This document shows positions 40,732-49,887 of a stretch of DNA of 64,000 nt, one piece after another. The stretch is from a virus. The notes under the pieces are model-generated. The model was given only the letters and a program-made list of their open reading frames with translations, made no database searches and was not told where the DNA came from. A program made the translations under genes and the position numbers. The stretch is from positions 32,001-96,000 of IMG/VR virus record IMGVR_UViG_3300028920_000044. One strand, given 5' to 3'. The first letter of the stretch is position 1. Each line of letters opens with the position of its first letter.

Positions 40732-41839
40732 TTACACTACCATAGCCCCCGTCAGGTTTTGTAACATCGTCACATTTCTTACCTACTGCGGTATCACTAT
40801 CATATTCTTCCGTTTCTTTTGGACCTAAATCAATTACTTCTGTTTTAGGTTGAGCATCTTCGGCAACTTTTGAGACCTTTGCTTGTTTCTTATTCGCTAA
40901 TCCACTTTGTATATTAACACCACCAGCACCATCTATATTCACAGAACTATCACTATAAATATTACATGTTCCTGTAACAGAAATATTACAATCTCCGTCA
41001 ACTTCAAGAGTCATATCGTCTACAACAGATATATCATAACTACCTTCTATATTATCAATTTTATCACCAACAGTTGTAAGATGATGCTCTCCATGAACAT
41101 TTTCTTTACGATCCTTATAAACGATTTTATCTTCATTTTGAACAACATTAACTGTTCTATTACCACCAACTGCTAGATCTTCATTTTCTGCAATATTAGC
41201 TTTTCTATTCTTCTTAACGAGAAGACTTTTATCTCCATCAATCTGTTTATTATCATCAAGTTTTATACGAACACGACGATTGTCCCTAGTCCAAATATGA
41301 ATGCCTGATTCATCTATTCGATAGACTGTTCTTCGTTCTGGACTCTCATCACGATTATATACTAAATAAATAGTGTTTGGCTCTTTTTCAGTCTCTTCAT
41401 TAACATAGAATATGTTAAATTTTTTTGGTGTCTTAAATATAATATATTGTTCGTCCCTATCTAGAACTGCAGGTTTAACTGTTCTTCCATCTTGAGCTTC
41501 ATTATCGGTATTATCATCAGCATCAGAAATTATACGATTAATGTACCCAGAACTATAATCATTACTATAAAATTTGACTATTACTTTGGTACCTGCATGT
41601 AAAGGATAATAGCTGCCATATTCCCCATTGTCTGATGGTGTGATCCTCCAAGCATGAACTTGGTTCTTACACCATATTCCTTTATCTTCAGTAAGATGTT
41701 GCATTATCTCAGGCAAGTGAACTTTATAACGACCCATTTGTCTAGGGTCTGGTTCGCCTAAAATAGTACCAATAAATTCTTTCTCAATGAGGGATTCTAA
41801 AATATCTAATTCGCTCATAGTATTATCCTTCGTATGCAC
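40724..41839 (-). CDS. Baseplate central spike (T4 gp5/VgrG-like, no lysozyme domain)
   Basis: DPRQMGRYKV..P and PLHAGTKVIVKF OB-fold; 8-residue V.G beta-helix repeats. Confidence 0.82.
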   Translation of the reverse strand: MHTKDNTMSELDILESLIEKEFIGTILGEPDPRQMGRYKVHLPEIMQHLTEDKGIWCKNQVHAWRITPSDNGEYGSYYPLHAGTKVIVKFYSNDYSSGYINRIISDADDNTDNEAQDGRTVKPAVLDRDEQYIIFKTPKKFNIFYVNEETEKEPNTIYLVYNRDESPERRTVYRIDESGIHIWTRDNRRVRIKLDDNKQIDGDKSLLVKKNRKANIAENEDLAVGGNRTVNVVQNEDKIVYKDRKENVHGEHHLTTVGDKIDNIEGSYDISVVDDMTLEVDGDCNISVTGTCNIYSDSSVNIDGAGGVNIQSGLANKKQAKVSKVAEDAQPKTEVIDLGPKETEEYDSDTAVGKKCDDVTKPDGGYGSVNG

Positions 41840-42161
41840 CTAATTCTTTTAATATCTCATTAACCTTTTCAGCGATAACATCTTCATACTGTATACCAAT
41901 CTGATAATCTCCTCCGGCACCACCTGCAGTTACAGGTACCTTCTGACACCACACTACTTTAGCTGCAAACAAGTGATGTGTGCCTTCAAGTGAAAACTGT
42001 ATCATATCATCCACTTGAAATAATTGATCGACCATCAATGACATACCTCCATGGCATATATTTGAACTTTTAGCCACTCTTATAGACGTGCCATCTCCAA
42101 AAACATATGTCACATCAATAGCATACTGATATCGATCAACTTCTCTTCTATCATCACTCAT
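41823..42161 (-). CDS. PilZ domain protein
   Basis: REVDR (RxxxR), NICHGG, AKVVWC, YQIGIQY; start MSDDRR with AGGAG RBS. Confidence 0.8.
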   Translation of the reverse strand: MSDDRREVDRYQYAIDVTYVFGDGTSIRVAKSSNICHGGMSLMVDQLFQVDDMIQFSLEGTHHLFAAKVVWCQKVPVTAGGAGGDYQIGIQYEDVIAEKVNEILKELGAYEG

Positions 42162-42287
42162 GAAATATTCTCCTAATATGATCAAAGAGTTCGATGTCAA
42201 TCCATCCAAAATCATTTGCCACAAGTAATAACATGATTACTATACTAATAATTAAAACACTTGATACTACTTGATAAGTGGTTTGCT

Positions 42288-42869
42288 TCATTGTACACCC
42301 TCTGCTCTCTCCATCTTTATCTTATCTATTTCTATTTGAACCATTTTGCTCAAGTATTTTTTTAAAGACTTCCAACATTCTCTATCATTATTCTCTGGAT
42401 CAATACCTTTTTTATGTTTATCACCATCATTAGCTTTCCATCCGTCATCTTTACTAGGTATCAATGAATAGTTACCTTCTGTCTTATTAGGGATAAATAC
42501 GAAACAACCATTATTCTCTCCACTAAATCGACTTAATTTTTTATATTGGCCTTTCACAATATGACCAGCATAACCACTTACTAATTGACACCGAAAGTAA
42601 AATACTGGGTTCTCCCAGTCACCACCAGCTTGATGTAACCTACAATTAAACTTGCATTCTGTATGATCCCATTGATTCTGTGGAATAATTATTATTTTTT
42701 CCTGTCTATGATAAGTATCATCATTTTCTTGATCGAACCATATTTTAAAATCTTTCTTAGCTTGGACAGTTATATCTCTCCACATTCTACTTGCTAATTG
42801 ATCATAATGAAAGAACTGTGGTTTAAGTTTCTTTATTGCTTCATATAAATAAATCATCAGAGACACCAT
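42288..42869 (-). CDS. Hypothetical protein with tag variant (MVSLMIYLYE)
   Basis: ORF track. Confidence 0.75.
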   Translation of the reverse strand: MVSLMIYLYEAIKKLKPQFFHYDQLASRMWRDITVQAKKDFKIWFDQENDDTYHRQEKIIIIPQNQWDHTECKFNCRLHQAGGDWENPVFYFRCQLVSGYAGHIVKGQYKKLSRFSGENNGCFVFIPNKTEGNYSLIPSKDDGWKANDGDKHKKGIDPENNDRECWKSLKKYLSKMVQIEIDKIKMERAEGVQ

Positions 42870-43073
42870 TCAGAAGTCTGTTAACTCTTGTAACTTCTTT
42901 CCTAATTCGCGTACACAGTTATTATCATATGGATACATAGTGATTTGTACTTCTCCAAGACTTAACACTAATACTTTTCTATGATCTACAGTCTCTCGTA
43001 TCCAAGCTGATAAATCATGGAAACCTATATTATTGTTTCTCTTACCAGATACTCTTATTTCCATAATGATCAC
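42870..43073 (-). CDS. Hypothetical protein
   Basis: ORF track. Confidence 0.55.
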   Translation of the reverse strand: MIIMEIRVSGKRNNNIGFHDLSAWIRETVDHRKVLVLSLGEVQITMYPYDNNCVRELGKKLQELTDF

Positions 43074-43561
43074 ATTTGGAAGATTGTCCCTCCAGCTAAA
43101 CCGCCTTTGGTAATTTCTTCTTCAGTCTTCCATCTCCTAAGTATTCCTTTAATTTTAGAAACAACATATCCAAGAGATATCCCACCAGCAATAGCACCTA
43201 ATAATGCTAACGCAATCGCAGGTCCTAAAGTTAACCCAGCCATCCCAGCCTTTGCAGTGGCAACTAGACCGCCAGAAACAGCACCAGCAGCACCTCCTTG
43301 AATCCAACCAATTCGTTGTCCTACTTTCTGAGATGCTAAAAGATATGCTCTAACTTTAGGGTCATCTAAAAGAGTTGTCATTTCTTGTCTTTCAAATGTT
43401 TTTATTTTACCCTTCTTTACAATCTTTTGGCTTAATGTTATAAACCTTTTAATTGTAGGGTCTTTAATCATTCGATTCATTTCTGGGACCTTAGGAACTT
43501 CAGATTCAGCAATAACCTCTTCGCATATTGCAAGTCCTAAGTAATAATGATTACTATCCAT
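43070..43561 (-). CDS. Glycine-zipper membrane protein
   Basis: GGAAGAVSGG and LLGAIAGGISLG segments. Confidence 0.7.
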   Translation of the reverse strand: MDSNHYYLGLAICEEVIAESEVPKVPEMNRMIKDPTIKRFITLSQKIVKKGKIKTFERQEMTTLLDDPKVRAYLLASQKVGQRIGWIQGGAAGAVSGGLVATAKAGMAGLTLGPAIALALLGAIAGGISLGYVVSKIKGILRRWKTEEEITKGGLAGGTIFQM

Positions 43562-43562
43562 T

Positions 43563-44066
43563 TTAATATCTCCTAGTATTCACTTTAGGTACATTCCTAT
43601 GTGTATTAGCGAAAGCCATTCCAGGAGGAACATTCTTATTCATTTGATTGAGGCCCGTTGCTGATGCTTTATCTCCAAATTGCCCTACACTTTTATTCTG
43701 TCTCATTTTGTCGATATTAAAACCAACATTCTGACTTTTATCAGGCATACTCATAAACGCCCCACGACCTCTCAAATCAGCCCTCCTTATATTTATTTTT
43801 TTTGCTAGAGGTATTTGAGTCTGGTTAATAGGAACTTGGAATTTAGCTCCGCCACCTTTTAATGCTTGAACATTAGATATTACTTCCGACATATTAATCA
43901 TTGTCTTCCTCTTATTTTTTAAAAGAGTAGTTGTACTATTACCGGATCTAAGATTCCTATCTATAATCTTTTGATAACCTGGGGAAACCACACCTACCGG
44001 TGGTTGGGCAGGTGTGGCGCTCCAAGTTTCTCTGAAATAACTAACTAGAGAAATCATTTGTATCAT
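43563..44066 (-). CDS. Basic hypothetical protein with tag variant (MISLVSYFRE)
   Basis: ORF track. Confidence 0.65.
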   Translation of the reverse strand: MIQMISLVSYFRETWSATPAQPPVGVVSPGYQKIIDRNLRSGNSTTTLLKNKRKTMINMSEVISNVQALKGGGAKFQVPINQTQIPLAKKINIRRADLRGRGAFMSMPDKSQNVGFNIDKMRQNKSVGQFGDKASATGLNQMNKNVPPGMAFANTHRNVPKVNTRRY

Positions 44067-44069
44067 CCA

Positions 44070-44681
44070 TTAGGCCTGTGCAGCCTCTTCAGCAGTTTTA
44101 GCTTCTTCTAATTTTTTCCTTGCAACTTCAACGGCAGATTTTAAAGGTGTTTCATCATCACCCTGTTGCATATCTGCTAACGCCTGTTCTGCTTCTTCTA
44201 AATTCATCTCAGCGACTTCACGATCAACTCTGAGTTCCGCTAACTCTTTAACTTTCTTTTTTGTAATTGGTACCTCTTCTGCTGGGGGTGGTTCCGGAAT
44301 CGGAGCAGGTTCTGGAGGAATTGGAGTCGTAGCAACAGCTTTCGCAACCTTTTTAATAGCTTCAACAGCTTTCTCAGCATAATCAGCAGGTCGTGATTTA
44401 ATTGCACCTTTTAAAGCATCAATACCAGCTCTTGAAATCATAATAGATTTCTTCGGAGCAAGTCTACCCCAAATCGCTACACACTCAGATTCTTCTCCAG
44501 TCATACCACATATAGCAGTTTGCCAATGAGCATCTGGGTTATCGAGAATATTGCTAAGTTCATCTACTCCTGCTTCCGACAACAAAACTTCCCGGTTGTT
44601 GAGTACAACTCCTGCGGCTAAAACTATGCAACCTTTTGATTGTTCATGAGTTAATGCACAAATACCATCTCTGTAATCCAT
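44070..44681 (-). CDS. Protein with duplicated Cys module, Pro linker and coiled coil
   Basis: CALTHEQSKGC..LSEAGVDEL and CGMTGEESEC..ISRAGIDAL. Confidence 0.75.
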   Translation of the reverse strand: MDYRDGICALTHEQSKGCIVLAAGVVLNNREVLLSEAGVDELSNILDNPDAHWQTAICGMTGEESECVAIWGRLAPKKSIMISRAGIDALKGAIKSRPADYAEKAVEAIKKVAKAVATTPIPPEPAPIPEPPPAEEVPITKKKVKELAELRVDREVAEMNLEEAEQALADMQQGDDETPLKSAVEVARKKLEEAKTAEEAAQA

Positions 44682-44705
44682 AATACTTCTCCTTAACGTT
44701 TAATT

Positions 44706-44876
44706 TCATTTGAGAAAGTCGATAATAAAATCAAATTCTCCATCATGGTACAAATCGCGACACATGTACCATATAGCTATCAACATAATAATTAATGCAA
44801 TAATGTCAGATATCCATTTCTTTTTACCAATTTTTTTATAAATCTTTTCTAACTCACGCTCTCGATCTTTGTTCAT
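44706..44876 (-). CDS. 56-aa single-TM protein absent from the track (MNKDRERELEK...)
   Basis: Manually translated; fills the gap; TM IIALIIMLIAIWYM. Confidence 0.6.
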   Translation of the reverse strand: MNKDRERELEKIYKKIGKKKWISDIIALIIMLIAIWYMCRDLYHDGEFDFIIDFLK

Positions 44877-44877
44877 T

Positions 44878-45867
44878 TTAATACATCTTTGGTATCGCCT
44901 TTGTATCGAAGTCTACCTTATTCAGATATTTAATCATTGCTGCTTCGACAGTTTTATGTAACTTGTCTGAAATCATAGCAGTCCTTGGAAACAACCCTGA
45001 AGGATATCTAGCTAGAACAATGAATCCAATAAAAAGATCTAATGAACCTATAAGACTGTAAAACCCTGATGTTGAAAGTATTTTTAAAAGATTCATAATA
45101 ATATTATTAGGGCTACCTGTATAAATCTTGAAATCAACTAATAGTTTTCCTACATCTTGTATTGTACTGTATTTAGATGTCGCCTCTAATTTAGGCACCA
45201 TTTCATTTAAAACTTCTTGATCGACAATTTTAGTGTAATTTCTTTTAAGGAAACTAATAGCAGATAGATGTCGCTGTTGTAGATAATGACGGTGAAATAT
45301 ATAGATACAAACTATCTTGATCACCTCTTTTTGCTTATCATTGTATACAGCGCCCTTTCCTAACGATCTTAGAAATATTTGATTTAAGTAAAGTACTAGA
45401 TTTCTATGGAGTTCTTTATCTTTCTGAATCTCATCTTTATGTGATAGAACTCCAGCTCGTATAAGGCTGTAGTATACAGCATAAATACAATCGTCAATTC
45501 TTTGGGTTTCCCCTGTATTTAAATCAATTTCTAGATCACTTGAATCTATAACAATCCCAGCAACTTTATCCGTCTTGTTTAATAAAAGTCTACTGAATAT
45601 AGCGGGTGTCTTTGATTTAGATATCCCTATAAATACTAACCCTTTATTAAACACAAAATCAACCATTCGTTTAACGTTATTACCGGATAGCTTTGACAAG
45701 AATAATTTAAAATCTTCATTGAATCTTACATAAATTTTTTTATTTTCTTCATCCTTATCAAACCAAACGATATTAAATTCTTCTCTTTTTAAAGCATTAT
45801 TGACCGGGGAAAAAGCGTAATGCTGAACCGGAAAGCTGTTAGTCAACTTCTTGGATGGTTTTATCAT
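44878..45867 (-). CDS. Hypothetical protein
   Basis: 329 aa with AAGGAG RBS. Confidence 0.75.
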   Translation of the reverse strand: MIKPSKKLTNSFPVQHYAFSPVNNALKREEFNIVWFDKDEENKKIYVRFNEDFKLFLSKLSGNNVKRMVDFVFNKGLVFIGISKSKTPAIFSRLLLNKTDKVAGIVIDSSDLEIDLNTGETQRIDDCIYAVYYSLIRAGVLSHKDEIQKDKELHRNLVLYLNQIFLRSLGKGAVYNDKQKEVIKIVCIYIFHRHYLQQRHLSAISFLKRNYTKIVDQEVLNEMVPKLEATSKYSTIQDVGKLLVDFKIYTGSPNNIIMNLLKILSTSGFYSLIGSLDLFIGFIVLARYPSGLFPRTAMISDKLHKTVEAAMIKYLNKVDFDTKAIPKMY

Positions 45868-45905
45868 CGAACAGACTCCTTTTAGTTTTTAATATTTACC
45901 AATAA

Positions 45906-45916
45906 TATATAGAAAT
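45906..45916 (+). promoter_or_regulatory. Candidate phage promoter motif TATATAGAAAT facing the plus-strand AAA/VWA operon
   Basis: Third copy of the 11-mer; orientation matches the only plus-strand genes. Confidence 0.4.
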
Positions 45917-45932
45917 ATTACTAATGAGTTAC

Positions 45933-46274
45933 CTAGTAACTTAATAGACTTTCTATTTGGTACCGATAAGGTGCTATTATAAGTCTGTCGACGAATCTTT
46001 CAGGAACAAACTCAAAAATAGACTTTACATTGTTTACTATAAGAATGACTTGATAAATGTATGGTTCACCATATTGATCATTACAAAACACCTCAGGCCG
46101 CATGAACCATTTCTCAATATTAAATATTATGTAGTCAGAATTGTCTTGAAGAATTTCAATGTTATTAAAAAATACATTCTGATGTATTGGCTTTTTGAAT
46201 TCATTAATCATCCTAGTTTTGATACTCGGGAAAGATCTAAAGTATTTGAGTAAATCAGTTTCTTGGTTTTCCAT
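45933..46274 (-). CDS. Baseplate wedge protein (gp53/LysM-like)
   Basis: RPEVFCNDQYGEPYIYQVILIVNNV..IFEF pattern. Confidence 0.7.
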   Translation of the reverse strand: MENQETDLLKYFRSFPSIKTRMINEFKKPIHQNVFFNNIEILQDNSDYIIFNIEKWFMRPEVFCNDQYGEPYIYQVILIVNNVKSIFEFVPERFVDRLIIAPYRYQIESLLSY

Positions 46275-46306
46275 TTTATTTTACCTTATTAACCAGAAAG
46301 GAGAGA

Positions 46307-47560
46307 GTGGCTATGGTAAGTGAAGAGTTAGCAAAAAACAGTATGCCGTTAAATGATGTTGTAAATGATCTAATGGTTTTCAATTGTGTGTTACAAACGG
46401 CAGGTGACCAGTTTGCTTTAAAGAGAGGTGGCGTCGCTATCCCTTATGTCATCAGCCAACCTGGTGCTGGTAAAACAGCATCATTTGTAGATCTTTGTAT
46501 GCGTCTGGGATGGGGATTAATCGTCGTACATCTTGCTATGAAACCTATAGAAGAACTCGGCGGTATTCCAGACTTTAGAGACATTGAAATCAATGGAGAG
46601 AAGTTTCCAGGTACGGTATGGTCTATTCCTGACCTAATCGGACAATTATACCAAATGGAAGCAAAGAACCTCCCCGGTGTGTTTTTATGTTTCGATGATA
46701 TCCACCTTTGTGGTTCAACATATCTAGGATTAATGCAAGAGTTCTTTACAGAAAGAACTATGCGTGGATACAAAGTCCCAGACAGTGTTGCAATTTGTCT
46801 GTTTGGTAACAGCACAAATAAAGCGGGTGCTAAAGTTCTTTCATCTGCAATAACAAATAGATGTTGTATGTTACCCATTGTAGCAGATTATGAATCATGG
46901 AGAAAGAATTTTGCACTTGGTAACTTAGCAGAAACCCCAAAGTTGGGATTTGACCCTGCGAAACTTAGATTGTTAGCCCAACAAATTACTCGAGTTCACC
47001 CTGCAGTTACTTCGTTCTTAGGAAGAGATAGCTATGCTAAATTCTTTCATGAAGAAGAACAAGTGGACTCTCCTTGGGCCAGTCCTCGATCTTGGACTAG
47101 ATTTTCTAATTGGCTTTTTGCCTATGAGCTTGTCCATGGAAGAATCATGGAGGATCATTACGCATTATATTTGGGAACTGGGCATGTTGGGAAAGAAGCA
47201 GCTAGCGAGTTTGTGAAATATTATAAGATCTTTTCGAAGTTTGATATTCCACATATACTCAATACTGTTGATGCTTACATACTTCCTACATCACCAGTTG
47301 ATCAATATGCGTTAGCATATGCGGTTACAAGTCACTACTGTAATGATAAGAACCGCAAGAATATTGTTGGAAGCTTCGCTAAATTTATTCTCAAATATTT
47401 TGATAACCTACCAGATTTAGCATTAATGGTCGTAAGAGAAATTCTTGATACTGAGAATATCGTCAACAAGAGAACTCTCTATATTGATCTCACAACAGAA
47501 TTAAACGCTCTACGTCCTGGCGTAACGTATAATCTTCTCAAAGATGTAAATGATGCGTAA
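46307..47560 (+). CDS. MoxR-like AAA+ ATPase
   Basis: SQPGAGKT, ELGGIP, LCFDDI, FGN, LSSAITNR, ASPRSW. Confidence 0.85.
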   Translation: MAMVSEELAKNSMPLNDVVNDLMVFNCVLQTAGDQFALKRGGVAIPYVISQPGAGKTASFVDLCMRLGWGLIVVHLAMKPIEELGGIPDFRDIEINGEKFPGTVWSIPDLIGQLYQMEAKNLPGVFLCFDDIHLCGSTYLGLMQEFFTERTMRGYKVPDSVAICLFGNSTNKAGAKVLSSAITNRCCMLPIVADYESWRKNFALGNLAETPKLGFDPAKLRLLAQQITRVHPAVTSFLGRDSYAKFFHEEEQVDSPWASPRSWTRFSNWLFAYELVHGRIMEDHYALYLGTGHVGKEAASEFVKYYKIFSKFDIPHILNTVDAYILPTSPVDQYALAYAVTSHYCNDKNRKNIVGSFAKFILKYFDNLPDLALMVVREILDTENIVNKRTLYIDLTTELNALRPGVTYNLLKDVNDA

Positions 47561-47569
47561 GGAGAATTT

Positions 47570-48919
47570 ATGAACCCACTTGTCGCTAAGAAAGTACAGA
47601 ACGCACGAATAAAGTTATTTAAAAAATCTGACGGTCTGAATTTCTTTGGTGCATGTTCTTATATGTTTGACTGGGACATTCATTCAATGCCCGGGAGAAA
47701 CGCAGAAGGATATGTACTATTCAACAAAGATACTTTTAAACATGAGGATGGAACTATCCATGTTAACCTAGATATGGTCATGCTAGACAATTATACTCAT
47801 ATAAATTTAGCATACATTGTGTGTCATGAATTACTCCACATACTTGGAAAACACGGTGTCAGAAAAGGTCAAAGAGACCATGACATCTGGTGTGTAGCTT
47901 GTGACCATACAGTTGAACGAGACCTGAAAGCATTAGCAACCTCTATCGTACCTTATGATAATTCATATCATATGTTCGATGAATTACATAGATTGAAAAA
48001 TAATTGCACAGTCGAATTTGCCTACGATTGGATCCAGAAACAAATCAAATTAGGAAACATTAAAGTAATCAGAATTCCAGGGGGAATGATTGGTGTCAGT
48101 GGATCCGGCGGTGACTTCTTTGTCAACCCTCAAGTCGGTGGAGTCGATCAAGATAAAATTAAAAGTAATGATCAAAAGATAATTTTAACAAATGAAAAGA
48201 TTGTTGCTGAAGCTCGAGCTTTACATCAAACGATGAAAGCGAAAGGTAATCAGAGTGGAAATCTGACTTCATATTTAGATAAACTACTCGCAGTGAAAAT
48301 CCCTTGGGATGTTTTATTAGAAAAAGCGATCAAAACAAATGTCATACTTAAACCTAATGAACGAACATGGAGAAATCCTAACAAGTACTTTCGAGCATTA
48401 GGTTATATTCTACCCGGTACATCTTCAACAGAAGACCGAGAAGGAGTAGGTGTGATCATCTATGCAACCGATAGTTCCGGTTCAATGTCAGATGAAGAAT
48501 TGAAGAAGTGCTCTAGTGTAACAGATCAAAGCTTTCAATTCTTTCGAGAGGTTTGGTTGTATGTGCATGACACGACAGTTAAACAGAGGAAGATATTTAC
48601 AAAAGATGATCGTTACATGTTCATGAAATTCCTAAAGAACGAAGGTTATAAAGGAAGAGGTGGAACAAGTCACGAGGATGTATTTGAAAAGATCCAAAAA
48701 CAAGCATGGGAGAACGATCAAGTTAAGAACGATTTATCTATGGTAATATGCCTAACTGATGGTTGTTCTGATATTGAAACAATGATTAAGAAAAAAGAAT
48801 ATCGATGGTTAAAGACAATACCAACCGTATTCGTTATATCAGGAGGGTATAACCTAAACATCGAGCAAGACAACATTAAAGTAATTTATATGGACGGTAG
48901 AGATCCAGGTGAGGATTGA
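47570..48919 (+). CDS. DUF2201-type metallopeptidase plus VWA domain protein
   Basis: HELLH..H..R, WCVACD, IPW..LL, TWRNPN, DSSGSM MIDAS, GRGGT, LTDG. Confidence 0.85.
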   Translation: MNPLVAKKVQNARIKLFKKSDGLNFFGACSYMFDWDIHSMPGRNAEGYVLFNKDTFKHEDGTIHVNLDMVMLDNYTHINLAYIVCHELLHILGKHGVRKGQRDHDIWCVACDHTVERDLKALATSIVPYDNSYHMFDELHRLKNNCTVEFAYDWIQKQIKLGNIKVIRIPGGMIGVSGSGGDFFVNPQVGGVDQDKIKSNDQKIILTNEKIVAEARALHQTMKAKGNQSGNLTSYLDKLLAVKIPWDVLLEKAIKTNVILKPNERTWRNPNKYFRALGYILPGTSSTEDREGVGVIIYATDSSGSMSDEELKKCSSVTDQSFQFFREVWLYVHDTTVKQRKIFTKDDRYMFMKFLKNEGYKGRGGTSHEDVFEKIQKQAWENDQVKNDLSMVICLTDGCSDIETMIKKKEYRWLKTIPTVFVISGGYNLNIEQDNIKVIYMDGRDPGED

Positions 48920-48941
48920 TATTGTCCGTGATAACAACGGT

Positions 48942-48990
48942 GGCCGAACACTGGTTAATTCCGGTGCTCGGCCTCCATTATTTTTTTTAT
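48942..48990. terminator. Terminator between convergent genes
   Basis: GGCCGAACACTGG / CCGGTGCTCGGCC followed by T tract. Confidence 0.7.
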
Positions 48991-49002
48991 GTATATATAG
49001 GT

Positions 49003-49227
49003 TTAACGTTTGCGCAAAGTATATCGCGGAACCTTATAACCCAACTTACCGCTAGGTAGTCTTTTAGGTTTATACCTATTATAAAGTCTACCTTGTTGTT
49101 CGACCTTCTTTTCAGACTCTTTAGGATTCAAAGGTTTAATCTTTGATCCTTTTTTTGCTATGTTTGTTGAAAGAGAAGGTATAGCTTTTGGATTTCCTCT
49201 TAGAGCAAATTCTAGTATTGATATCAT
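49003..49227 (-). CDS. Small basic protein with tag variant (MISILE)
   Basis: ORF track; GAGG RBS. Confidence 0.65.
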   Translation of the reverse strand: MISILEFALRGNPKAIPSLSTNIAKKGSKIKPLNPKESEKKVEQQGRLYNRYKPKRLPSGKLGYKVPRYTLRKR

Positions 49228-49239
49228 TGTGCCCTCACT

Positions 49240-49455
49240 TTAAAGTAAGGCATCTAGTACATTAAATGCGTTATCTGCACTACGAGCTTCATTAGGATAT
49301 TTGCTAGCTTCAGAAGAAGAGATATTGTGTTTCTTTAAAAACTTTTCATACGCGCGTCTTCCTTTTTTTCTAGCAATGAACATCTTTATCCTTCGTTTAA
49401 TATTCGTCAGAATTCCCACTCTGATCGCTTCACGTATTATCTCTTCATTTTTCAT
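49240..49455 (-). CDS. Small basic protein
   Basis: Probable start MKNEEIIREA. Confidence 0.6.
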   Translation of the reverse strand: MKNEEIIREAIRVGILTNIKRRIKMFIARKKGRRAYEKFLKKHNISSSEASKYPNEARSADNAFNVLDALL

Positions 49456-49472
49456 AATAACCCTAAGACACA

Positions 49473-49506
49473 ATGGGGCACATATATATAATCATATGTA
49501 CCCCAT
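49473..49506 (-). other. Intergenic hairpin
   Basis: AUGGGGUACAUAU / AUAUGUGCCCCAU; G-U pair on minus strand. Confidence 0.55.
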
Positions 49507-49513
49507 CATGTGT

Positions 49514-49840
49514 TTAAAGATAATCGTTAATTCCACCTTCTTGGAGAGCTTCTCCATCAGGAACCAACGCAGACTGGGCATGAACAGCTTCGTTGATGAA
49601 GGTCATTGTGGCAACCTCAGAGAATAAACGAATATTTTTGTAGGTCTCCGGCAGATTGGCGCCCACGAACTCATCAAAATGCTCAAGGACGAAAGCCTTC
49701 AGCGTTTTACCATAATCATAGGTAGCAGCAACAGCCTCTTCGATAAGGTCATTATTCTGCTCCACGAAAACCTGCATTTCTTCACTTTCCAGGATAGTTT
49801 CTACATAACTCTTTTGTTCTGACATTTGAAATTCCTCCAA
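49514..49840 (-). CDS. Acidic protein, possibly a prohead core/scaffold-type protein
   Basis: Very acidic, several I/LxE sites, C-ending codon bias suggesting high expression. Confidence 0.65.
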   Translation of the reverse strand: MEEFQMSEQKSYVETILESEEMQVFVEQNNDLIEEAVAATYDYGKTLKAFVLEHFDEFVGANLPETYKNIRLFSEVATMTFINEAVHAQSALVPDGEALQEGGINDYL

Positions 49841-49887
49841 TTTATTTATTTGGTTGGTTGTTTAAATTGTTCTAATTATAAATACGA

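Noticed and set aside
46444-46878. 144-aa minus-strand ORF
   Set aside because: Antisense shadow of the AAA+ ATPase
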